DNA from: Perkinsus chesapeaki ATCC PRA-425
Lineage: Eukaryota; Protista; Perkinsozoa
NCBI GenBank assembly: GCA_013115145.1
Contig: JAAPAO010000017.1
Span: 1-64,000 of the forward strand
Direction: 5' to 3'
Length of the DNA: 64,000 nucleotides
Positions 14,266 to 25,299 of the stretch are shown piece after piece. A program made the position numbers and the translations under genes. Each line of letters starts with the position of its first letter. The stretch's first letter is position 1. Under the pieces are notes generated by a model. The model was not told the origin of the DNA. It ran no database searches and was given only the letters and a program-made list of their open reading frames with translations.

Positions 14266-16143
14266 CTAATAGCGCTCGATAGGCTGCGGCTGCGGCTGCT
14301 GCCTTGATGCACATGTTGATGAGGCCCCATCGTGATCTAACTTCACGAGAATGCAAGTCATGTTATCACCACCGAGACCTTCTGTTAACTTCGGATCTGT
14401 CATGGAAGAGCACCGCTGTTAAACTCATCCTAGGATTAGCTAAACCCACCGTCGGCAATACAATGATCTAATAGCTCTTCTACAATCTCCGAAAGCTTCT
14501 TCTCGCCTTTCTCGATTCGTGGGCGTATGAATTTAACAACATCTTCGTTGCTCATAACCTATACCAGTAACTAAATAGCAACAACTACAACTTACAGCTT
14601 TACATCCCAAACTCCATCACAGGCCAAAACGAAAAACTCGTCTGCTGGAGTGAGTCTAAAAGCGGAAGCATGAGCAGCACCGCGCATCAACCTAGCTTGT
14701 ATACTTCTCCATCAAGATGTCCGGAGTGCTGCAAATGATCTGCTGCTCCGGCTTAAGATCATCTCGTTTTTTGTATTCATGATCTCCGATGGCGCGCGAT
14801 AAATTAAGATTGCCGTTCACACGGTACTGTGTCCTGATGGCTCCCCTCAACGACCGATTGCATTTGTCATGCTTACTTTGATGTTAGGGTGATCTCCTCA
14901 ACATATCCACCAGCAGCTTCTATGCGCGACCTCTCTGTTTCCGAATTAGGTTTATGGTCATGGGACAGCTCCACCGCCTGGCCGCCTCTACCTGCGAATG
15001 ACCAACACAATGATGATAAGGTGGTGGTCGTTAGTAGTAGTGTCCCACATAAAATGGCCCTAGAATCGCCTGCGTTTGCAACTATAATGTGTGTCTTCGT
15101 GAGGAGTGCAGTGACGGCAGTGCACCCAACGTTGAGGACTCCACCAGAAGGCCCAAACTAAAGCACAAATGGTTCCAGGAGTTGGGCGGCGAGATAAACC
15201 CCCTCACCAAAGCAGCGCGGCCTTCAGTAGAGCTGTTGCCAGATGGGCTACTTCCACTGAAAGAACATTAATCGGTGGTATAGGAATGATACTTACTCGT
15301 CAGCACCGGCTAGATCTCCGGAGGGATTCCGATGAGTCGGACTATTCCCACTATTTGATCGATTGCCTGCTGCTGCTGCCGCTTGCGCTTCCAGCTTCTT
15401 AAGGACAAACATCTTCATCATTACCTGCACAAGAACGGTCACTGGCCGCAAGTGACCCAGGCTGCCCGTCCTCCTCACCGGCGCTGTGTCCTGCCTCGAA
15501 AGGTTCGATCCTCTATCCCTGAGTTCCGCCAAATCCTGTTCGATTGAGCTCTGCAGCAGCGATGCGACTCTGCTCTTCCCTACACCTCCACTACACTCTT
15601 CTCGAGTAACTATTGTCCTACCGTCCTCCCCGTTAGTGCTGCCTTCACGACGGTATCGAGCTAGCTCCGGCTCGCACTCCGGCAACCGGAGGAGTTCGTC
15701 CATTTTATGGTACCCTTTAACGAGCATCTCTCCTCCAACCGTCGGGTCCGATACCACACACTTCGTCATCTACGCATTACACAACAGGGCAGGCGTTATT
15801 GGCGGCCCGACAGCTACTACCTCCTTCGGCAAATGATTCTCGACAAACTTGGCGACCTCGCACCCACCGTGCCCGTCGTAGACACCGAACATGGCAACAC
15901 CTTCGTTACTTCCTGTCCCACTTTCAACCGAAGCAGGTTCCCTTTGGCACTACCCCCAAGGTTGCTAATAGCGATGTGGGCGTCCTCCATCTCAGTACGC
16001 CACCCTTGCATCTCTGAATAGCCCCAAGAATGGGACCCTCCCTCGCCATTAGCCGAATCCTGAACATTGACAATAACCGATGGCATCGAGGATGGATCGC
16101 GCCGAACCTTGTTGGTTTTGGGAGCCGACAGGTAAGCGCCCAT
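14266..16143 (-). CDS. PP2C/PPM-family Ser/Thr phosphatase with N-myristoylation-type start
   Basis: MGAYLSAPKTNK; MQGWRTEMEDAH; FGVYDGHGGCEVAKF; GCTAVTALL..VANAGDSRAILC; LSHDHKP..ERSRIEAAGG; RVNGNLNLSRAIGD; FVLACDGVWDV; GLGGDNMTCILV; stop at 14266-14268. Confidence 0.95.
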
Positions 16144-16470
16144 TGAATGACAAAACCAAAGACAGGCTGACAGGTTGCTTGCTGGAAATGTCCTATCTGA
16201 GAGATAGGCTATCTCTCCCAGGCCTCGCCCGGCATCGTCACCGGTGTACAGTAAGACCAAATCGCCGGCAGCAGGATCCCTTGGCAGGTCCCAATTACAG
16301 GTAATCAACACAAGGCCACTCTGTGATGGTGGGGGGGGTAGAAACAGGAGGAGAGCTACAGGAAATCCACCGAATGTACAGAACAACACACGAAACGTGC
16401 AAGCGGTATGCTAAGGCTTGGATGAGCTCAGATGTAGCCCGGCTCTCGGCTTCCGAGAAAAGTTAGAGAA

Positions 16471-19400
16471 CTAGAAGTCGCGACCAATGCGATCGATATC
16501 ATCAAGCACGATATCAACGTCATCATATCCCACATTCCTCGGGGAGCTAAAGGTCCATCTGACGGAAGTGAGATGGGTCGCGAGTTCGACTCCTAGCGAA
16601 GGCATTTGTCCTACCGGAAAAAATTGTATGGTCCGGTGAATGTGATCATGGCCAAGCCTTCTCTCTGCATCTTATCCTTGATATAAGGGGTTACCTAACC
16701 GTAATACTAGATCTTCGGTGCGAAAGGGCGGAGCTCGCTTGTGTTGTACTGTATATTGATAGAGACTGCCTCAATGAATGCTTCAAAGAAAAAACGAGAA
16801 ATGTTTGATGTGGGATTCGAACCTTGGTCACTCGAGTGAAAGCCCATGTGTTTAACGTACTAAGCTAATGAAAACCGTTTCATGCGCAGAACCGGCTTGA
16901 AAATGTTTTCGATAGTTAAGGGGTTCGGGCTTGGAATTTCAAGTTCGCTATATTTTTAGTGAGATCGCCAATACATGCGAAGCAAAATGATATATCGTCC
17001 GTCAGGGAAAACGCTCTGGTTGAGCCGGAATTTCTGCTCACGGACGGACGGACCGTCCGTCCGTCCGTCACGGACGGATGGACGGATGGACGGACGCACG
17101 CACACGAACGACCGCGCACTGCAATATAAGCTCCGCTCGCTTCGCTCGCTCCGCAAATAATCAACAGTAGGTCAACATGCTGCGCGGTTCCGTACTTTGC
17201 TCAGTTTTGCGGCTTCCTCGTCGTTAAGGCCTTCTAGAAGCTTCAAGTCAGACAGACATGGCGGAAGATACCTGAGGAACGAATCGATACCTCTTAAGGA
17301 ACGTCCTTCTCTATAGTCTTGGCAAACTATTCCTTATGTGTACAATCAACCTTTAATAAAGCTAGTGCCGCACAGGGTACTGGAGAAACAACCCCGACCC
17401 CAAGAAGTTCCGCAGTCGACCTACCAGAAGCAAACATTAGCATACTCAGGATCGTGATGCAAGATAAACTTCCCCGCGAACCGACTCTTGCCAGTCGAGG
17501 ACTTCACAATCTCATCGGCGGCGTATTTCGCCAATTTGATACCTGATCACGGAACTGACCGCAGTAGCCCACACCACTCTCCGTACCGTGCTCGACTCTG
17601 AGTCTAATGCCTTCGTCACCTAGCCTCTTCCATGCCAGCCATATCTTGAAGCCATCCGGCTTCCGACCGCCTAAAAATCCCCCAAAGTGGACTTATCCGG
17701 ACTAAGGCTCCCAAACTGCCTACATTGAATGGTCCAATCTCCCTTATCGTAAGATGCATAATTCTTCTCCTTCTGGAACAAGTAGGCAGCGCAGGTACCA
17801 TTACAGGCTTGTAACTGTTAGAGCATCATAAATGACCATACCCTCTCATTTCGCCGATTACCAAACCACGCCCTTTATTATGCGTGAATATGCTGCATTG
17901 AAGAGGGGCTCCAACCTGACAACAAGATGACAGATTTGGTGGACAAACGACACAGAGGCAGGCAGACGACGACGACGACGAAGAGCTAATAGATCTGAAG
18001 GGTACCGCGGAGAACGTGTAGATTTGACACTTCCTCCGATATTAGGAAGAACTGATAGGAAGGGTTAGCGTTGCACTTGTATCGAAGCATATATCATTTC
18101 ATACTACCATTTTATGAGGATTCCAGCAGAATGAGTCCACCATGTCAACGCCAGCCAGCAATTCCTCCTTGTACTTGGGAGATAGCAGTACTGCTCCACC
18201 TGGCATAAAATCCCCTTCCCTGGGCGGAGCGATGCACTATATACTACCCCAAGCACCATCAACATGTAACCACAGACCGAACTTATCACATACCCTACGA
18301 AGGGCGATTAGGTCGTCGAAAGCACCTATGGAGACATCTTCAAGAGATGCACACTGACGATGACATTGATAAATTCAAATCTTATGAAGTTTAGGAGCTT
18401 CAAACACCTTGCGTATGATCGATGGAGAATTTCTGATAGGCTCTTGCGGCTTCCAGCCAACCGCGGCGGACTATCCAACCTAGCCAACCGCATCGTGGAA
18501 TAAGCTCGGCTTTCTGATTTTAAATGTCTAGAATTCAAGCTCCGGAAAGTCTATACCACATTCATATGGCAAAAAAGCGATAGCCGTTACCCGCCTCAGT
18601 ACCCCATACGGTAGTCCCTGCTGTAGCGCCGACAAAGAATGGCTTTTTGCCATGAGCTATATCCTGGGCTACTTGGGATTCTAACAGATCAGCTCTCATG
18701 CGGCCACGAGAGTCCATAGGTATCTGGTAAGGATAGGGAAAATACGATGCGGAACGACAACAGCCCGGGCGAAAATGGAGAAGAAAAGTGAATATATAAA
18801 CGTAAAAAATCCACCAATGGCGAATCCACTTAGTCAAACTGGCTTTCAGTTTGGACAATACGTTTATTACATATTACTGGCGTTCAGCAAGACCCTCTAC
18901 TGGCTCAGTATAGCCCCGCTGCCCATATTACTACCTCTACCATATTATCTGATCCTATCCCAACAACATGGGCAGCCTTCATGTAGGAGTAATGTGCCCC
19001 AGCCGAACAGTATCTATCCAGTCTATCCTCCGCGGGCATCAATCTACAACTTACGCTACAGGCTCCCCGCCTATGGCAAAAATGCCACGCGTTTTGACTT
19101 CGGGGAATTTATAATATCGGGCCGTTTGTAGGGCATAGAGATTGGACATGGATCCTCCTGGGACCGTGAGACCTAAGGATTCACCAAGATACGCGAGGAG
19201 CAGCGCATTTGTGAAATACCTTCTGCCGTATCCCGACTGAAGCCGACTAAATCGAGGGTTTTATTAATGACTTCTTGCTCTATAAGGAGAAATACAGGGG
19301 CCACCTCGTAGGTGTATGCCGAACCGTTAGTGGCGGCAACAAGCATCTCACCGGCGATACCTACGACCAATCTAGTCCGCCCACGTCCTCGCCCACATAC

Positions 19401-20084
19401 TACCAGTGACGTCTGCTCTACCAATGAGTTGGTTGAAAAAGTGAGGATGTCCCGTCCTCACTGAGAGAGCCAAGGTAGCCTCACACGCACTCAGGATTCG
19501 ACTCTCGCTGACCGGCTCGCCTGCGGTGACCAAATTCCAGAATGCCGCAAAGGAAGCCTGCGTTACCGTCCTCGAGAGAAAGGTCGCATGCCTCTTCAGA
19601 GAAAATGGTGGATATCTCCTCGGGGCTTTTGAAAAGGACGACCTTACGAGATCGGTCGTCGAGTGACGCTACGTAACCTGTTCAAAGGGATAACCGTATA
19701 ACACTCCAAGGCATGTACAGCAAATACTAGGGCCTTCTACAGGCCGCCCAAGGGCAGTGGGTCGAAGACTGTAGATATATATTTTCAAAGCTAATCATAT
19801 TACCCTATTATACTCGAGGTTAGATCTCACGCTATGGCCGAGGCAAGAGGACAATAAGGGTAGGAAGCAGCCTTTGAAGAGCTCAGCAAACTACACAATG
19901 GTTCGAGGTTATGCAGTGGGTGATGCCGCGAACACAAGGCGCGAATTTTCACAAGCAGAATATCGCCCCTTAGTGAGGGGCCCTTACTCTCCAACATGGC
20001 ATCGACCTTGGCAAGGATATCCAAATCCTCATTATTCCCTAGAGGCACTGTAGCGTCTGCTGGTGAGGAGTCGACTTCAGGCAT
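16471..20084 (-). CDS. Group II PLP-dependent decarboxylase, animal GAD/CSAD/GADL1-like (CSAD/aspartate-decarboxylase-type motif)
   Basis: TGHPHFFNQLIGRADVT|GIAGEMLVAATNGSAYTYEVAPVF; PGGSMSNLYALQTARY; AHYSYMKAA; PFFVGATAGTTVWG; WLHVDGAWG|G; SFCWNPHKM (PLP lysine); GRKPDGFKIWLAWK; EYANVCFW; C-terminus DIVLDDIDRIGRDF*. Start approximate. Confidence 0.93.
16802..16876 (-). pseudogene. Degenerate tRNA-Glu(TTC)-like sequence (pseudo-tRNA or SINE head) inside an intron
   Basis: A-box-like TAGCTTAGTACG, loop CT-TTC-AC and B-box GGTTCGAATCC at tRNA spacing; stems poorly paired. Confidence 0.5.
16880..17160 (-). mobile_element. Non-autonomous Helentron-like (HINE/DINE-1-like) insertion in a 501-nt intron
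   Basis: The minus strand starts ATTATTTGCGGAGCGAGCGAAGCGAGCGGAGCTTATA (GA-mismatch hairpin), followed by a (GTCC/ATCC)n microsatellite containing a perfect 12-bp inverted repeat (17040-17064). It lies in intron 16695-17195, about ten times the local intron size. Left boundary uncertain. Confidence 0.55.
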
Positions 20085-20616
20085 GGCTTCACGATATCAG
20101 ATACTACAAGATGCGAAATCGAAAGGCTTCCCAGAGTAATAGGCTTGCAGACTATCTGAACCAAGCAAGTTTCGAAAATTGTCAGGACTCCTCGGACGAC
20201 CACAATGGCTACCGAAAGTGTTGTTGGTAGTAGCGATAAAGGACTCCCAACTCAAGGCAAGCGCAGTGTGTGGGAAACAAGTAAAGAGGGTGTGAGATAG
20301 TAGCCGCACTCTGTGCACCAAGAATCCTTCCGTGCCAGTAACAGATTCCCACGGCACGGGACTGCTGTTACTTCTGTTATATACAAAGCTTTACCTCCCA
20401 TACATTCACACTCATCTGGCTACACCTTTTCAACGCCTATTTCGACAATAGTAACTTCAATTGCGATGGGCGAACGAGATTTACGTTAAGATTCGTTCAA
20501 TTTCACCTGGGTATTCGTTTAGTAACTTCAATATACTCCTTCAGTATCTTCAGGTTTTGTAGACTCGCAGGTCATTGACCTTGCCCCTTAGCATTCAGGT
20601 GTTCGAAAGAGATAGT

Positions 20617-20690
20617 GCAACGCTTTGGTGTAATAGATAAGACGTTATGTTCTCACGCTAGCGACCCAGGTTCAAATCCTGGTGGATGCA
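20617..20690 (+). pseudogene. Degenerate tRNA-Glu(CTC)-like sequence
   Basis: 74 nt; A-box TGGTGTAATAG, loop TT-CTC-AC, perfect T-arm CCAGG-TTCAAAT-CCTGG. Acceptor and anticodon stems carry several mismatches. Confidence 0.55.
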
Positions 20691-21084
20691 TTTCGCTGTC
20701 ATGTACGTATAACGCGTGCGCCATGACCTTTGAGATCGCTTCCGGGATTTGTGCTGGACGGTGACGCGTATGGTTGTTCGGCTATTTAAGGAGGTTTAAA
20801 TGACTACAATTTGATTAACGAAAATAGGGGATGAAGGAGTCTAGCTGATAAGATTTCCTGCCGTTTGCCTGACTCCGCACGAATCTGCATTTTTTACAAT
20901 AGCGAACCCCGAGGCACCTTAAGTGGGCTTACGTGCTTACCGGCAAGGAACTGATCGATTCTTGCGGATGAATATAAGCTTTGACTTCCTTGCTCTATCA
21001 GCCTTCGTAATGATTCGGGTCGCGTTCGCGCGGTGGGAGAGGATGGGCCATATTTCTCTTCAATGATAAGTTCTCCCTATTTTT

Positions 21085-21669
21085 GTGTTCCCAATGACTC
21101 TCCATGGCAATGCCATTATTGGCAGCCGACGACAAGGTGGCTTGCATATCCTATTGAAGTGGGCTTGCCTGTTCCTTTTACTCACTGTATCACCTGCATC
21201 CGGATGGCTCGGTGTTCCAGGAGACCTTACCCTCCTACGTTCCTCTTCCAGTGACACTGCCGATTCAACGGGAGCAGCAGCTCATGCCGGTATGGAATCA
21301 CCATCTCCTGGGCAGGAGCACAGGAGTGGACGACCGTATAGTAAAGGAGGCCTCCTAGATACCCCACCATCTATGTTTTTCCTGGCCCTTGCTGTGGCCT
21401 TATATTCACAGGGGTCTAGTACAGATGAGAATAGGGAAGGGGAGGACGAGGCTACCCTAGGTAACGAGGAGTCTATGGTGGTGCAAGACGGCAATGAGAG
21501 CCGACGACGAAGTAGCAGTAGTAGCCACCGTGATTGGAAACCTCTGCAGCAAAAGCGTCGGTATTACATAGCCACGAATGCATTAACACTGAAGGCGAAG
21601 AATAGGGATGGCGACGACGGCTTCAGGCCGGACTGGGCAGCATCATCATCAAGCTTTATGGTAGTATAA
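21085..21669 (+). CDS. Hypothetical membrane protein (signal/TM helix plus second TM helix); probably has further exons
   Basis: The ORF has two hydrophobic helices (WACLFLLLTVSPASG; TPPSMFFLALAVALYSQG) separated by a Ser/Ala/Pro-rich linker. Confidence 0.5.
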   Translation: MFPMTLHGNAIIGSRRQGGLHILLKWACLFLLLTVSPASGWLGVPGDLTLLRSSSSDTADSTGAAAHAGMESPSPGQEHRSGRPYSKGGLLDTPPSMFFLALAVALYSQGSSTDENREGEDEATLGNEESMVVQDGNESRRRSSSSSHRDWKPLQQKRRYYIATNALTLKAKNRDGDDGFRPDWAASSSSFMVV

Positions 21670-22194
21670 GGGCAAGTGGTGTAATTAGTGGTGACGTTCC
21701 TGCTTCAGGTTACGAGGAAGATTGGGAGCTCTGTGTAGCAACCTCCATCTTAATCTAGTATACATCATTATTTTCCGTGAAGTCATTCAGACAGATATGG
21801 CTACGCTTCTAGGCTTCGAAGCCTACTACCACAAGAACAACCATATGAGTCCCCTTTGTATTATATCTACTCGTGCAGCACAATTTTCTGCTGCTGCTGT
21901 CTTGTGATTATCCTTTATCTCTATAGGCCGATACTGTCGAGACATCCTCAAGGTAAAAGTTTGTTGTCATCGTGGTGGTACTAAGAATAATGATGATGGT
22001 GGTGGTCATTAGTTTTTATCTTGCATCATTCTGATAGGCTATTTGAGGAGGTCTTATGTTCGAGCAAATAGGCTACCCTGCCAGATTGCTCACTGTCCAT
22101 TAACGAATACTCCACTCTCTTCATTATTGCGTTCCCCTCCGCTTTGTTTAGTCCATCCTTCTATTCAGTTTACCTGCTCTTTTTGTTGCTCTAG

Positions 22195-25096
22195 ATGCCT
22201 ACATCGCTACAACAACGCCGCCGCCCCTTCGGGCTATCATTCTTCCTCATCATAACCATTTTAGCATGCGTTGCATACTCTGCCTCGTCTGCCTTGGGTA
22301 CCAGGTCCGGAGCTGTGCCTCTGACTGTGAACCCTACCCAGGAGATCATTAGCATCAAGGACATCTCGCAGTTTGACCATGTATTTTATCCTCTATCAGA
22401 AGAAGTCCACACTCGAGCTGAAGATTTTCCGACTCGGCCATCGGCACATCTTTCTTCATCTACGACAATTAAAGCACTATCGGACGTGCCCCCAACGGTG
22501 ATCCTCCTATTCATAACTGTGGCCCTCTATCTTCGCGGGGGTGACTACCGTACAGCGTCACCCTCGATGACTGACAAGCACCACACACGTACGGTTGTTG
22601 TCCAGCAAGGGTAAGCGCCATCATCATCCTCCTCATCCTTACCAAACTCTCTGCTCCTCCGCTGCAGCACCGTTGCTGCCTTTTGTGTGGTAGCAGGTAG
22701 CAGCAGGAGTAAGAGTGGGCTGGGTTACCACTTTTATGGGCCGTTTTGGTCGCTATGTTCCTTTTCTCCCAGTAAGTAGTATTTGTTGTGACTGTCACCA
22801 GAAGCCCTGTCTGCTATTTCACAGTACATTACTTCTACACAGTCTCCGGGATAACCTTTGCAACATCATCATAATCATCGTCACATGAGTTGAGTTCCAC
22901 AGTCACCAACACATCACGGTTACATTCATGCCGCACCCGTCATACCGTACTTTCGTCACATTTCTCATTGGTGGTATCATCTTAATTTCGGAGGTACTGG
23001 GAAGTCACCTCGGTGACCGCTGCTGCTGCCTCCATTCAGTCCAATACGGTATGCCATAGCAAGGACGAACCTCTTCTCTGTTACATTTCTGACAACTCCA
23101 CAGTATGTATCGCCCGGGGAGAGTGCCCAAAGCAATGCCCGGGATTCCCAGTAGAGGTAAGCAGGGTGCCATCGTGCCACCACGGCCGCTGCTGTGGTTC
23201 AGGATGTCTACAGTGATGAGTGTATCAAACGAAGCATTTTCACCGACTGGCTTCGGTATGACATACCAGCCATCATCATCTGGTTCATCGCATCTGGTAG
23301 CCCGCTGGAGCATGCATTGGTTCTTCCTGGCTTCAGGGCTGGCGGTCTCGGCCGGTGTCGGTGGCGGAGGTATTTTCGTTCCCCTTGGTATACTGTTACT
23401 CAGATTCTCAACGAAGGCTTCGACAGGTCTCTCACAGGTGCTCAGGGCGTATCTTTCCGAACTGCCCGGTGCTGTTTCAGGCCAGTATCTGCGGTGCCTC
23501 CCTAGCAGGTCTCATCATCAACTCTCGAGCTCGGCATCCTAAAGCCTCCAGGCCTCTCATTGACTTCGAGATGGCACTATTCCTTTCACCAATGGAGATG
23601 GCAGGAGCCCTCTTGGGTGCCCTCATTCAAGCGGTTGGCCCATCAACTCGGGGCCCTCCATGGAGCACTGTCAGCAGGTGCTTCCCACATGGCTTGTTAT
23701 CATTATCATGGTTATCGTCCTTGGCTTTACCTCCTTCAAAACCTTCCGTAGAGGGTTCATAGTGTATCGCAGGGAAAGGGAAAGTCGTGAGCCTTATCTA
23801 CCCCGTGATTACACGGAAAGTTGGTATGAACATGGTGTGCTCTACAGGAAATGATGTGCAACCAACCTGTGCGGTTGTGGCTGCAGACGGCGCTCCAGAT
23901 GGAATCGTTGAAGTGACATCTACCCCCTGTGGAGTGTGATCCGAAATGGCCCATTCTTTCAACCTTCAATACTCTCGATAGGTCACAACAGTTCAAGCAA
24001 GTCCTACCTCTTGTACGCCAACCAAGGTCTGGTGGCTGGATAGGGAGGCGAGGCAGGTGACCCTTGCATCTGCGAGTAAAACTCTTGCCCACTGCGAAGG
24101 CTATCACCCCAATCTTCACAGCGTTCAAGTTGTCATTTGTCAATAAGCGTGCGTCCTCTCCTCAGTACCCCCTTGAAAAGTATATCAAGCTCTGTATCGT
24201 CTGGGCTACTGTCCTTCTACTTCTCATCTTCCGCGGAGGAAAGGGCACCGAGTAAGCTTTCAAGCTCCGGGCCGTCATCGGTGATACAGCCTCCTATTGT
24301 AGTTCTATCATTCCCGAAGCTGTGCCATACTGTGGATGGGCCTATTGGACTCTTTCAGCCATAGTTATGATGTGGCTCATCCTATTCGGTCTCCTCATGG
24401 GTAGATGTGCTCTCCTCAACAGCGCATCCAAGCTTGCTGTCGGCTACCCTTTCGTGGATGGTAACACTCCCCTTTGCTCCACCTCGGTCTCTAGCGCGCC
24501 CTAGGTGATGTGACATGGTCGTATGTCACATTCATTAAGTATTCGTTCGCCACATTCCTGGCCGGCGTAATGGCTGGCCTCCTCGGCATTGGCGGTGGAA
24601 TGGTCCTCGGCCCACTAATGCTTCATCTTGGCATTCTACCACAAGTTCCCCATCTCTCTACCGTCGCAGACAACCCTTTTACATCAGGTATCTACTGCTA
24701 CCACTGCCACATTGATATTCTTCACTTCCTCATCTGCCGCCCTTGTCTTTATTATGTCAGGGCTGGTCACATGGGGCTACGCTGTAAGTCCTCTTATAAC
24801 TCAACCATCCGAACCCTGAACACCGTGTGTGTCCTCCCCGTAGCTCGTCTACTTCACAGCGGCATTCCTCGGCACGTTGGTGGGTAAGACCATTATAGAC
24901 AGGATGGTTAAGCGTAAGAATCTGACTGCCATCCTCATATTGCTGCTCGCCACCATTATAGCTTTGGCTGCTGTTATGGTCCTTATAGCAGGAATAATCA
25001 AGTAGGTGATGACCGACTTGACCATTCCGTCGCATACCAGCCATCAGATACAAAGATCGCGATTGGCATTTCGAAGGTTTCTCCCCTCTATGTTGA
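22195..25096 (+). CDS. TauE/SafE (DUF81) sulfite/organosulfonate exporter family protein, multi-exon
   Basis: Both half-signatures are present: LAVSAGVGGGGIFVP..ASICGASLAG..RPLIDFEMALFLSPMEMAGALLG and GVMAGLLGIGGGMVLGPLMLHLGILPQV..STATTATLIFFTSSSA. Ends ..WHFEGFSPLC*. Joining of ORF 22195 and the Cys-rich segment (about 23040-23230) as the N-terminus is uncertain. Confidence 0.88.
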
Positions 25097-25299
25097 ACGT
25101 TGTCATGTACTATCAGATGAAGCCGTGCCGTGGTCGTGGAGTTGCGTTGGTCACTAGTAAATGCAAGCCTCTTGGGAGTAACGAAAATGAGTAACACAGC
25201 GATTGGTGAATTGTTGCCACTTGGCGTATTTACAAAGGGGGTGGATGAACAGCTTTATCATCACCAAGAGGCTGCTGCTGCTGCCCGACATTTAAATGT

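Noticed and set aside
14760-14775. Possible frameshift in PP2C at an A-run
   Set aside because: The run is 6 nt and keeps the frame (EYKKRDDLKPEQQ).
16575-16600. B-box-like GAGTTCGACTC as a tRNA
   Set aside because: It lies inside a normal 56-nt intron (16559-16614) with no A box or cloverleaf.
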